NCBI GenBank assembly: GCA_963798915.1
Contig: CAWCVB010000004.1
Location: forward strand, 1-62,561
Source of the DNA: an uncultured Gemmatimonadales bacterium
GTDB lineage: Bacteria > Gemmatimonadota > Gemmatimonadetes > Gemmatimonadales > GWC2-71-9
DNA: 62,561 bases
Direction of reading: 5' to 3'
Shown one piece after another: positions 1 to 9,918 of the stretch. The notes below the pieces were generated by a model. That model searched no databases. It was not told the DNA's origin and saw only the letters and a program-made list of their open reading frames with translations. Within the stretch, counting starts at the first letter, position 1, and the number at the start of each line of letters is the position of its first letter. The translations under genes and the position numbers were made by a program.

Positions 1-334
1 GGTCCAGGCCTGCATGAGCGGCAGCACGCAGCAGGACCGCGAGACCTGCCTGCGCGAAGCCCGCAACGCCCGGGCCGAGAAGCAGCGCGGCGCGCTCGAG
101 AAGGCCGGAGCGCAGTTCGAGGCGAACAAGATGGCCCGATGCGATCCGCTCGCCGGCGAGGAGAAGGCCGCCTGCCAGGCCCGCATGATGGGTTACGGCG
201 AGACCAGCGGCAGCGTCGCCGGCGGCGGCGTGCTGCGCGAGGTGGAGACCGTCGTGCTGCCGCCGGGCGCCTCGTCGGTGACCATCGAACCGAAGACCGA
301 CGAGCCGGTGGTGCTGGTGCCCTCGGCCCGCTAA
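1..334 (+). CDS. Hypothetical protein, probably 5'-truncated by the window edge
   Basis: ORF 14..334 with spaced Cys (DRETCLREA...ARCDPL...AACQAR), followed by a hairpin and T-run. Confidence 0.55.
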   Translation, partial: VQACMSGSTQQDRETCLREARNARAEKQRGALEKAGAQFEANKMARCDPLAGEEKAACQARMMGYGETSGSVAGGGVLREVETVVLPPGASSVTIEPKTDEPVVLVPSAR

Positions 335-354
335 GAGCGATGCGCAAGGAACGG

Positions 355-379
355 GCGGGCTGCGGGCCCGCTCTTTTTA
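355..379 (+). terminator. Rho-independent terminator
   Basis: GCGGGC-TGCGG-GCCCGC followed by TCTTTTT. Confidence 0.55.
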
Positions 380-535
380 TGTGGCTGCACACCCACGCCG
401 CTTGTTACCGTCGGGTTGTCCGGTGTAACGAATTCACGGTGAAACGCGAGCGAATCCGTGTTTTCCGTCACTTCTTCACACGCGCTGCCGGACCGTGCAC
501 TCAGGATCGGGACTCCGCAACGAACGAGAGACGAG

Positions 536-1771
536 ATGAGCCTGATCACGATGCTGCCCGGCCGCCGCCCTGCGATGCACGGCCTGCGGTGCTTGGCGCT
601 GCCGCATTGCTGGCCGCCTGCGGCGGAGGGGGCGGCGACGGGAGGAGATTGTCGGCAGCCAGGGCAGCCTGCGGGTGGCGCTGACCGACGCGCCGAGCTG
701 CTACGAGAACGTTTTCGTCACCGTCGCCAAGGTGCGGGTCCACCAGAGCGCCGCCGCCGGCGAGTCCGAAGGCGGCTGGCAAGAGCTCGTCGTCTCCCGG
801 CCCGGCGGATCGATCTGGTCACCCTCACCAACGGCGTGCTCGAAGAACTCGGCAGCATGCCGCTGCCCGCAGGACGCTATTCGCAGGTGCGGCTGGTCCT
901 CGCCGACAACGCCGGCTCCGGCAGCGGGGCGCTGGCCAATGCCGTGAAACCGATCGGCGGCCAGGAAACCGCACTGGAGACGCCGAGCGCGATGCAAAGC
1001 GGCCTGAAGCTGAAGGCCAACGTCGACGTGGCCGCAGGGCAGGCCGCCGATCTCGTGCTCGACTTCGACGCCTGCAAGTCGGTGGTGAAGGCCGGCAACT
1101 CGGGCCGCTACAACCTCAAGCCGGTGATCTCGGTCGTGCCGCGGGTCGCCAGCGGCGTGATGGGCTACGTCACCACGACGCTGGCGCTGAGCAGCACGAC
1201 TGTCTCCATGCAGCGGGACGGCGCCACCGTGCGCTCGACGGTGCCCGACGCCAGCGGCAAGTTCACCATCCCCTTCCTGCCGGCTGGCACCTACACGATG
1301 GTGATCACGTCCGACGGTCGCGCCACCGCCGTGCTCCCGGCGTTCCGGCCGGCACGGCCGCGACAGTCGTCAACGGCACCGGCACGGCGTTCGCACCGCC
1401 CAGCATCGGCAATGGCGGAGGTGGCCGGAACGGTGACGGCGATCGCCGTCTCGGGAAGCGCCACTTCGTCGGCGCCGCCATGGCCGACGCCGACGTGCGC
1501 CCGCTGCGGCGCTCACCGGCGGAGCAACCATCGAAGTGGCGACGCACGCAGTGGACGCCGACGGCAGACTACGCGCTGCGGCTTCCCGCTTGCTCCCCGC
1601 TGAAGGGAACGTTCGCCGGCGGCCGCGCGACCATCCTCGCTGACGCCGGATGCGACAGCCGCGGCAGTGCACCCTGCACGGCGAGGCGCCCGGCCGCAGC
1701 GGAACGGTCAGGCGCCAACGTGACGAGCTGGGCGCTGCGACCACCTCGGCGATGTCGCCTTCGCGCCATGA
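536..1771 (+). CDS. DUF4382-domain lipoprotein with carboxypeptidase-regulatory-like domain, multiply frameshifted
   Basis: Pieces in several frames: lipobox LLAACGGGGG, LTDAP.CYENVFVTV.KVRVH, IDLVTLTNG, LVLDFDACKSVVKAGNSGRYNLKPVI. Confidence 0.75.
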
Positions 1772-1915
1772 AACTGAGCCGGGCCGGCTCAAGCGGCCCC
1801 TTCCACGGCCGGGCCCTGCGCCCACCTTTTTTGTGGCCGGCCGGTGCAACACGCTGTGGAACGCGGCGCAGTCCTACGAGACCGGCGTGCCCGCCGCCAG
1901 CAAGGCTGTAGGCCC

Positions 1916-2576
1916 ATGACCAAACGACGTTCCCTTGCCGCACCTGCCGGCCTCTTTTGCCGGCTCGCTCTCGCCTCATTGCTCGGCTTCGGCTTGGTAT
2001 ACCGACCGCCCAGGCGGGGCCACCACCCGCAGCCGCCCTCCAATTCCTCGACCGCGACCTCGCCCGCGAAGGATGGTCTTTCGAGGTCCGCCGCATCGCC
2101 GCCTGGGCGATCCCGGAAAACGGGCATGCCGGCCTGCCCTCCTGGTCATCGACCAGCGCCCGGGGCCGCTCTTCGCCTTCGATGGCCGACGGCCAGGCTC
2201 GCGGGCGGCCCGATCCTGCGCAGCCCCGGTGGGCAACGACAGCGGCGCACCGGCCCGGCCGCTTCGTGGCGGACACCAGGCGCTCGGCGCGCGCGGCGCG
2301 ATCGTGTGGGCCAACGGCGCGGACACGCTGTCGCTGCTGGCGGTCCCTCCGGCGTGGCACCGGCGGGGCCCGGTGGCGGTGCGGCATCCCACCAGATGGT
2401 CGTGCACATGCGCGCTCGTGCCTGTGCGCGCGAGTTCTACCGGCAGCCCGCTGCGACACGTTCCAGCGGCGCGCCGGCGTCGGTACGTGCCGCCCGCCGC
2501 CCTCGGACCTGCGGCCGCCTGCGGCCGTCTGCCGCCGGCGGCGCCGCCCGGTCCGGCACGTGGAGATACGGCATGA
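1916..2576 (+). CDS. Possible L,D-transpeptidase-like secreted protein, frameshifted
   Basis: Fragments across frames: signal-like N-terminus, EVRRIAAWAI.ENGHAGLP, LVIDQR..LFAFDG, PGRFVA; end uncertain. Confidence 0.35.
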
Positions 2577-3234
2577 ACAGACACGGACGGCGGCGCGGAC
2601 CGCCGGAACCGGAGGACCTCAAGGCGGCGCACGGTGCGCGCAGCGAAGTGAATCGGACGGCGGCGATGGTCGCAGCCGGTACGAGAACCGGGATCCGCGC
2701 CGGAAAGCGGGCCGGGCCGCGCAGCGGCCCTGGCCGCGCACGCCGTGCCCAAAGGCGGCCGGGGCGATGCGTTCCCGGCCGCAACCTGGAGCAACCACGC
2801 GAGGTCACGGAGAGAGCCGTGAGCGGGAAGCCGTGGGCCGCTGCGAGCCACGGGCGCATGCGGCGCCCCGACGCAAGCGGCTGGCGATCGGGCGCCGCCG
2901 AACAGCATCCGCAACACGATGACCGCCAGCGGGACGCCGAGAGCCGAGGATGACAGGCATTTTCATCTCCACGTTTGGTTGTTGATGCAGCCACGATAGG
3001 GGCGCGCCGCGGGCGCGCCTGCACGACGCCGACGCGCGTTCCGGTAGGCAACGGCCGTGCTGGCGGTAAGCCCCGTCGCGCAGCGGTAGGCAGGTACCTA
3101 CAGTCGCAACTGCCTTGCGCGTGGCCGCCGCGCACGCGCGCGTCGTCGCATGCAATGACGAGCCTGTGTCCGACACACGCCTTGCGCGCGAGGCGCTTCA
3201 ATAGGCAGCTGACGATTTTTCCACCGAGGCCGCC

Positions 3235-3853
3235 ATGAACCAGATGTTCAGCCGGATGAGCCCCAGCGTGACGAACATGATCCGCATGGATCACACGCAT
3301 GTCCTCACGACCTTCCACCAGTACCACCCGGCGACCTCGCCTCGAGTTCAAGAAAAGGCTGGCCGACACCATCTGCGTGGCGCTGGAGATCCACGCGCAG
3401 CTGGAAGAGGAGATCTTCTATCCGGCGATGCGCGCGGTGGCCGACACCGACTTCATGCGCAAGAGCGTCCCCGAACATGACCAGGTGCGCCGGCTGATCA
3501 CGCAGCTGCGCAACCTGCGGCCCGACGAAGCGGCGTTCGACGAAGTTTTCTACCAGTTGATGAACGCCGTGATGCACCACGTTGCCGACGAGGAGACGCT
3601 GCTGCTGCCCGTCGCCGAACGCGTGCTGGCCGACCAGCTCGGCGAGCTCGGCGCCGAGATGGCCAAGCGGCGCCTGCAGCTGACTGCATCGCGCGGCGGC
3701 GAACTGGCCGGCAGCATGGCCCGTTCGATGGGGGCCGGCGGGCTGGTGCTCGGCGCCGGCGCCGTCCTGGCCGCCGGATACCTGCTGTCGGGTTCGGGGC
3801 GAGGGCCGGTCCGCAGCGCCACCAGCACAGAGCCTTCCGCCGGCCCCCACTGA
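3235..3853 (+). CDS. Hemerythrin (HHE cation-binding) domain protein, one frameshift near 3345
   Basis: MIRMDHTHV in one frame; LEIHAQLEEEIFYPA, EHDQ and HHVADEE in the next. Confidence 0.85.
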
Positions 3854-4069
3854 GGTGCGGCCTTGGCGGCGGTGACCGTGACCCGCGACGCGGCTTGCAG
3901 CGGCGAACGCTCGGCCGGTGTGTCCGGCCGGCGATGGCCATGCCGCTCGCCTGCAACCACGCCAGTTTTCCGAGCAGCTCACTGCGCCGCGTGCCGGCGC
4001 CATGGCTGCGGCCAAGCATCGTCGCCGGCATCTTCGGTTTCCACACCGTCCAACAAGGAAGCAGTACCC

Positions 4070-5350
4070 ATGAAAACACTCGTCGTCTTCTCGCACCTGC
4101 GCTGGAACTTCGTGTTCCAGCGCCCGCAGCACCTGCTCACACGGCTCGCCCGCCACTACCCGGTGGTCTTCTTCGAAGAGCCGGTGCGCGGCGAGGGCCC
4201 GGCGCGACTCGAGCGCAGCCGTCCTGCGCCGGGGGTCGAGGTGCTGTGCCCGCACACCCCGGTCGACGCCGGCGGCTTCCACGACGACCAGCTGCCGGCG
4301 CTCGAGGCGCTGCTCGCCGCCTACCTCGCCGAGCAGCGCATCGACGACTGCGTGGCCTGGTTCTACACGCCGATGGCGCTGCCGCTGCTCGCCGACATGC
4401 AGCCGCGCACGGTGGTCTACGACTGCATGGACGAGCTCGCCGCGTTCAAGCACGCGCCGCGGCAGATGCGCCAGCGCGAAACCGCGCTGCTGAAGACCGC
4501 GCAGGTGGTGCTGACCGGAGGCCCGAGCCTGTACGAGGCCAAGCGTGCGCTGCATCCGCACGTGCTGTGCCTGCCGAGCGCCGTCGACGCCGATCACTAC
4601 GCGGCGGCCAACGCGCTCGCGCAGGAGGCGCCGATGCGCCGCGCCGCCGAGCTGCAGCGCGGCATCCGCAGGCCGCGCCTCGGCTTCTTCGGCGTCATCG
4701 ACGAGCGCCTCGACCTCGACCTCGTCGCCGGGGTGGCCGATGCGCAGCCCGACTGGCAGATCGTGATGGTGGGCCCGGTCGTGAAGATCGGTCGCGAGCG
4801 GCTGCCGCAGCGCCCGAACATCCACTGGCTCGGCCAGCAGCCCTACGACATCCTGCCGCAGCTGGTCGCCGGCTGGGACGTCTGCCTGATGCCGTTCGCG
4901 CTCAACGACGCGACCCGCTACATCAGCCCGACCAAGACGCTCGAATACATGGCATGCAGCCGGCCTTCGGTGAGCACGTCCATCAGGGACGTGGTCGAGC
5001 CGTACGGCCACCTGGTGTCCATCGCCGACACCGCCGATGACTACACGGCCGCCTGCGAAGCCATCCTGCGCCGCAGTCCGCAGGAGCAGGCCGGGCACGC
5101 ACAGGCGCTCGCCGACATCGTCGCACGCACCTCGTGGGATGCAACGGCACGCGAGATGGGCGAGCTGATCGCGGCCGCGGACCGGGCGAACGTCCTGTCG
5201 GCCAAGGTGGCCGCGCCGCAAAGCGCCGCCAACTCGCCGACCAGCCACGAGGCGGTGCCGCACCTGGCGGGTGCCGCGCAGCCGGCCATGTCGACCGGGC
5301 TGCCCGCCTCCGCTGCCGCAGCGGCGGAGAAGCGCGCGTCGGCGGCTTGA
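4070..5350 (+). CDS. GT-B glycosyltransferase (GT4-like)
   Basis: FSHLRWNFVFQRPQHL, VYDCMDEL, GFFGVIDERLD, SPTKTLEYMA; RBS AAGGAA upstream of ATG 4070. Confidence 0.9.
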   Translation: MKTLVVFSHLRWNFVFQRPQHLLTRLARHYPVVFFEEPVRGEGPARLERSRPAPGVEVLCPHTPVDAGGFHDDQLPALEALLAAYLAEQRIDDCVAWFYTPMALPLLADMQPRTVVYDCMDELAAFKHAPRQMRQRETALLKTAQVVLTGGPSLYEAKRALHPHVLCLPSAVDADHYAAANALAQEAPMRRAAELQRGIRRPRLGFFGVIDERLDLDLVAGVADAQPDWQIVMVGPVVKIGRERLPQRPNIHWLGQQPYDILPQLVAGWDVCLMPFALNDATRYISPTKTLEYMACSRPSVSTSIRDVVEPYGHLVSIADTADDYTAACEAILRRSPQEQAGHAQALADIVARTSWDATAREMGELIAAADRANVLSAKVAAPQSAANSPTSHEAVPHLAGAAQPAMSTGLPASAAAAAEKRASAA

Positions 5351-5376
5351 CGGCGGCGAGTAAACTCTCGGCCTCC

Positions 5377-5466
5377 GGAGAGTTGGCAGAGCGGTTGAAT
5401 GCACCGGTCTTGAAAACCGGCGACGCTGAAAGGCGTCCGCGAGTTCGAATCTCGCACTCTCCGCCA
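5377..5466 (+). tRNA. tRNA-Ser(UGA)
   Basis: Anticodon arm CCGGT-CTTGAAA-ACCGG, long variable arm, GTTCGAATC T-loop, encoded CCA. Confidence 0.97.
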
Positions 5467-5718
5467 AGGGTCGCTGCCGGTCTTGGTCAACCGCAGGTTG
5501 GGGGAGCACTCATATCGCTTGCGATGTGAGTGATCACCAAAACCGGCGGCGCTGAAAGGCGTCCGTGAGTTCGAATCTCACACTCTCCGCCAAGGGTCGC
5601 TGCCGGTCTTGGTCAACCGCAGGTTCGGGGAGCACTCATATCGCTTGCGATGTGAGTGATCACCAAAACCGGCGACGCTGAAAGGCGTCCGCGAGTTCGA
5701 ATCTCGCACTCTCCGCCA
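5413..5718 (+). repeat. tRNA-linked tandem repeat, 126-bp period (54-nt tRNA-Ser 3' part x3, 72-nt spacer x2)
   Basis: tRNA 3' copies at 5413-5466, 5539-5592 and 5665-5718; spacers 5467-5538 and 5593-5664 differ at one base. Confidence 0.95.
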
Positions 5719-5749
5719 ACTGCGGCGCCTCGCGCCGCCTCCATTGAAC

Positions 5750-5778
5750 AAAGCCCCTGGTCGTTGACCCGGGGCTTT
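5750..5778 (+). terminator. Terminator hairpin closing the tRNA-Ser/repeat unit
   Basis: AAAGCCCC(TGG)...(CC)GGGGCTTT. Confidence 0.7.
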
Positions 5779-6112
5779 CGTCATGTCAGGGGGCGGCCTT
5801 GGCGCGGCCGCGGCGCCGCTGGGCAGGCGGCGGCTGGACTTCGTCGACGGGTGCACAGGCCATGCGGCTGCATTCGATGTCGCGCAGCGTGGCAAGGGCG
5901 CTGGCCGCGCCTTCGCCGTTGCCGGCGTCGCGCGGCTTCGCCTCGCACTGCCGGCGGTCCGGCCGTTCGCATCTGCCTGACATGTTCATCTGCACCTCGC
6001 CTCGCCTGCCAATACACGTCGACTGTAGGACGTACCTCAGCAGGCAGCTGTAGGTTTCGGCGCGTAACTTCTGTAGGAAAACTGCCTTCGCCAGCCGCCC
6101 GCCTGCGCGGGC

Positions 6113-6948
6113 TCAGGCCAGCTGCCGCAGTTCGCGCAGCGCCACCTGCAGCATCGCGAGGTCGACGCCTGCGGCATCGCCCAGTTCGGCGAGCAGCCGC
6201 CGCGCCCTCGCGATGCCTGCGGCACTGCGCTGCTCCCATGCCTCCAGGCGCTGCGCAGCGTCGCCTGCGCTGCCGCTGACCACGTCGAGTGCGATCGCCC
6301 GCTGCAGGTCGGCCAGGTCGTCGGCGAGCGCCACCTTCGCCAGGTGCTGCCAATGGCTCGACGCCTGCAGTGACTCGATCTGCCGGCGCAGCTGCTGCAG
6401 TCCGAGCCGCTCGCCGGCCGCCGCATGCACCGCGCCGGTCACTTCCAGGTCGGCGTGCCCCGCCCCCGCGATTTCCGCGATGTCGAGTGCGCTGAACAGC
6501 CGGTCGGCCGCCGCGACTTCCCGCGCCAGGTCCGCCGGCACCCCGGCGGCAATCCAGGTGGCCACCAGCGCCTCCAGTCCCAGCTGCGGCTCCATCTGCC
6601 GGCGCAGCACGCCGACGGCTGGCGCGAGCCGCTCGGCGGCGCTGCCGGCAGCCTCGTCCAGGTGCCGCGACCGCAGGAACCAGGCCGTGGCGCGATGCAC
6701 CAGGCCGCGCCACGTGACGATCATGTCGCGCTGCACGCCGTCGGCCACCTCGTTGTCGAGCGATTCGATCCGCTGCCACAGGTCGACGCTGCCGAACACC
6801 TCGCGCGCCAGCAGATAGGCCTTCACCACCTGCGGCGCCGTGCTGCCGGTCAACTCGCACATCTGGTGCACGAAGGTCGGGCCGACCCGGTTGACCATGC
6901 TGTTGACCACATGGGTCGCGACGATCTCGCGCCGCAGCGGGTGGCCGC
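6113..6948 (-). CDS. gdhB: NAD-specific glutamate dehydrogenase (large type), C-terminal fragment only
   Basis: HPLRREIVATHVVNSMVNRVGPTF ... DLAMLQVALRELRQLA*; similarity stops abruptly at ~6950. Confidence 0.85.
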
Positions 6949-6949
6949 T

Positions 6950-7524
6950 GACTCCTTGCTGCCGGCGCCGAGTTCGATCGAAGCCGGATCCGGCAGCAGC
7001 GCGGTGACGGTCATGGCACGTGACGCCTACGACAATCTGGTGGCGGGGGCGAGCGCCTTGCTCTCGGTCAGCGGGAGCGGGAATACGTTCAATGGCGGCC
7101 CGATGCTGACCGACGTATCCGGTGAGGCGGCCTTCACCGTGAGCTCCACGGTGGCCGAAGCGAAGACGGTGTCGGCGACGCTCGACGGCATGGCGATAAC
7201 GCAGACCCAGGTCCTGACGGTATCCCCGGCGAACCCGATCCGGACCAGAGTACGCTGATGTCAGACTCGCCGGTTGCGCCGCTGATGTCGAGTGTGCTGA
7301 CCGTTTTCGTTCGGGATGCCGGTGGCAATCCAATTGAAGGCGTCACGGTGACGCTAGCGGAAACCGGTGGCGGAGGTATCGTTATGCAGCCCGCTACTAC
7401 CACGGATGCGACCGGCTTGGCTACCGGCAGCTTCAGTTCCGCGGTGACGGGCTCGTTCGCGGTGACGGCGACCGCCGACGGGGTTCTCCTGAGCCAGACG
7501 GCGAGCATCGTCGTCCAGCTGTAG
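6950..7524 (+). CDS. Ig-like (Big_1/invasin-type) repeat protein, C-terminal fragment, frameshift near 7232
   Basis: VTVMARDAYDNLVAGA, TDVSGEAAFTVSSTVAEAKTVSAT, VRDAGGNPIEGVTVT; no N-terminus present. Confidence 0.75.
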
Positions 7525-7584
7525 TCCCGATTTGTGACGTAGGCCATATCGGGCGGCACCTGCCGACCCTAGAGTGTTACCATC

Positions 7585-9519
7585 ATGCCTTCAGCCCCTT
7601 TCCATTTCCGCTTCGTAACCGGTGCAAGCTTCTGCATTGCGCTTGCTGCGTGTGGTGGCGATAACCTGTCGCTGCCGGATCTGACAGAGCCCGCTCAACT
7701 CGAAGTGATTTCCGGTTCTGGCCAGGCCGGCTCGATCGGGACATTGCTGGCCGAGCCGTTGGTGGTGAGGGTGCTGGACTCCGAGCACCATCCGGTTTCC
7801 GGCGTTCGGGTGGCGTTCATGCCCGGCACCGGCGCCAGCGGCAGCACGGTCCAACCCGACACCGCCGAAACCGACGGGGATGGGCGCGCATCGGTCCGCT
7901 GGGCCCTCGGCACCAGCGCAGGCGGGCAGACGCTGATCGCGCAGGTCGTGGGCAGCAATGCAATCTCCGCAGCGTTTTCCGCCATGGCTGGTGCGGGCGT
8001 GGCTGCCAGTCTGGAGAAGATTTCTGGCGACAATCAGTCCGCGGTGGCCGGTTCGCCACTTCCGGATTCGCTGATCGTTCGAGCCCTCGATGCATCCAGC
8101 CAACCGGTGGGCGGTGTCACCGTCAACTGGAGCGTCGTCGGGGGCGGGAGCGTCAGCACATCGACGACGGTGACCCGGACGGACGGCCGGACTGGTGTCC
8201 GCCGGACACTCGGTCCCGCGGCCGGGGCGCAGAGCACCATTGCCAGTCTTGCGGGTGTTTCCGTGTCAGATGTGACCTTCGCTTCCACGGCCACGGTGGG
8301 ATCGGCGGGGGCGCTTCGCATCGAAGTGCAGCCGGCCAGCACGGCCAAGAGCGGGTCGGCCTTCACTCGTCAGCCACAGCTCCAATTGATCGACGCCAAT
8401 GGCAATCCGGTGCTGCAAGGTGGCCTCGCCGTGACCGCCCAGGTGGGCTCGGGCCCTGCCGGTGCTTCGCTGATCGGCTCAGCTACCGCGTCCACCAACA
8501 GCCAGGGACTGGCCGTCTTCACCAATCTGGGCATCAGCGGGCCAGGCGGGACGTATGCGCTGAATTTTTCGGGACCCGAAGCCTCCGGGGTGACTTCAGA
8601 ACCGATCCAGGTCTCGGCCGGCGAAGCGGTCAAGCTGGCCATGGTCACCCAGCCGCCCGGCTCCGTCGCGCCAGGCGCCGAACTGCTGCCGGCACCGGTG
8701 GTTCGGCTTGAGGACGGGACCGGGAATGCGGTGGCGAGTGCGGGCGTGCTCATCGCGGTCAGCTTGACGCCGGAGGGAACGCTGGGTGGAACGCTCACTG
8801 CCAGCACCGACGCCAGCGGCCAGGCAAGCTTTCCGGGGCTCAGCATCACGGGCAGCAGTGGCCCGCACACGCTGCTCTTCTCGGGCAGCGGGCTTCAGAG
8901 CATCGCCTCATCCACGGTGCAGGTGGTGAGTACGCCGGACAAGGGCCATTCAACCCTTGAGGCGCCGGAGTCGGCCGGGGCAGGTGAGGCCGTATCCGTG
9001 AAGGTGACCGTGCATGACGCCAACGGCTTCGCGGTGACTGGCGCGAGCGTGACGCTGAGTGCCACGGGCGCAGAAAATACCATCTCGCCATCAACTGCCA
9101 CGACCGATGCGAACGGCGTCGCGTTGTTCAGCTTCTCATCCACCCGCGCCGAGACCAAGTCGCTGACGGCGCATGCCGGCGAGTTCACGCTCGGACCGGT
9201 TCCCCTGCAGGTGATACCCGGGGCAGGGGATCCCGAACACACTACGGCCAAAGTTCCCGACGGGCGCACCTTCCGGACGACGAACATCACGGTCGAGGTC
9301 CGTGATCGTTATGACAACCGTCTCACCATTGGCGGGTCGAACGTGAAGGGCAGCGTGGCCGGGGCGAACGCGTCGGTGGGACTGCTGACCGTCGAGGACA
9401 AGCACGATGGCACGTACCACCTGAGTTACACGCCCTTCTTCAAGGGCGACGACCTGGTGAGCATTACGCTGGCAGGCGTGGCGATCAAAGGCAGTCCGTA
9501 CGTGAGCCACGTGAAGTGA
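7585..9519 (+). CDS. Lipoprotein with multiple Ig-like (Big_1/filamin-like) domains
   Basis: Lipobox LAACGG; repeated SGDNQ..GS.L..L.VR and TDANG motifs; C-terminal DKHDGTYHLSYTP...IKGSP. Confidence 0.85.
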   Translation: MPSAPFHFRFVTGASFCIALAACGGDNLSLPDLTEPAQLEVISGSGQAGSIGTLLAEPLVVRVLDSEHHPVSGVRVAFMPGTGASGSTVQPDTAETDGDGRASVRWALGTSAGGQTLIAQVVGSNAISAAFSAMAGAGVAASLEKISGDNQSAVAGSPLPDSLIVRALDASSQPVGGVTVNWSVVGGGSVSTSTTVTRTDGRTGVRRTLGPAAGAQSTIASLAGVSVSDVTFASTATVGSAGALRIEVQPASTAKSGSAFTRQPQLQLIDANGNPVLQGGLAVTAQVGSGPAGASLIGSATASTNSQGLAVFTNLGISGPGGTYALNFSGPEASGVTSEPIQVSAGEAVKLAMVTQPPGSVAPGAELLPAPVVRLEDGTGNAVASAGVLIAVSLTPEGTLGGTLTASTDASGQASFPGLSITGSSGPHTLLFSGSGLQSIASSTVQVVSTPDKGHSTLEAPESAGAGEAVSVKVTVHDANGFAVTGASVTLSATGAENTISPSTATTDANGVALFSFSSTRAETKSLTAHAGEFTLGPVPLQVIPGAGDPEHTTAKVPDGRTFRTTNITVEVRDRYDNRLTIGGSNVKGSVAGANASVGLLTVEDKHDGTYHLSYTPFFKGDDLVSITLAGVAIKGSPYVSHVK

Positions 9520-9529
9520 AGGAATTGGC

Positions 9530-9558
9530 TTGACCCCCCTCAGGGCGACGGCTAGCTT
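9530..9558 (+). promoter_or_regulatory. Sigma70-type promoter for tRNA-Leu/tRNA-Thr
   Basis: TTGACC-17 bp-TAGCTT, 10 nt upstream of tRNA-Leu. Confidence 0.6.
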
Positions 9559-9568
9559 TGGTCCCCGC

Positions 9569-9650
9569 GCCCTGGTGGTGAAACTGGTAGACACGCTATC
9601 TTGAGGGGGTAGTGCCGAAAGGCGTCGCGGTTCGAATCCGCGCCAGGGCA
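9569..9650 (+). tRNA. tRNA-Leu(GAG)
   Basis: Anticodon arm CTATC-TTGAGGG-GGTAG, variable arm, GGTTCGAATCC; CCA not encoded. Confidence 0.95.
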
Positions 9651-9690
9651 CTGGGGGCGGCCTGCGTGGCTCGCCCCCTTTTCAGTTCCA

Positions 9691-9762
9691 GCCAGTGTAG
9701 CTCAGCGGTAGAGCACTCGATTCGTAATCGAGCGGTCGTGGGTTCAAGTCCCACCACTGGCT
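9691..9762 (+). tRNA. tRNA-Thr(CGU)
   Basis: Anticodon arm CTCGA-TTCGTAA-TCGAG; acceptor GCCAGTG/CACTGGC. Confidence 0.95.
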
Positions 9763-9918
9763 CTGGGTTTCCTCCCGCGCACCGCGACCCTTCGGGGTTG
9801 CGGTGCGTCCTGTTTGGTGTCAGGCGTCCCCCCTTGTCACCGGACTGACATCGGCGTCGCGCATCTTGCGTAGGTGCCATGCCACCTGGCTCCCCCGCCG
9901 GCCCATCTGAGGAACGTC

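Noticed and set aside
536..3400. Programmed frameshifting or true pseudogenes in the first segment
   Set aside because: Many scattered indels across unrelated genes without slippery motifs suggest low-coverage long-read errors.
3305..5509. Long antisense ORFs (e.g. 734 aa here, also 35158-36618 and 37629-39242)
   Set aside because: High-GC shadow frames opposite well-supported genes, with no recognisable motifs.
5413..5718. CRISPR array
   Set aside because: The repeat is the tRNA-Ser 3' part, the spacers are near-identical and 72 nt long, and no cas genes are present.
5467..5718. Two extra intron-containing tRNA-Ser genes
   Set aside because: No 5' acceptor strand or D-arm, and the 53-nt insert is far too short for a group I intron.
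6113..7333. 406-aa ORF as a novel GDH fusion
   Set aside because: Its N-terminal part is antisense read-through of the Ig-like gene across the suspected chimeric junction.
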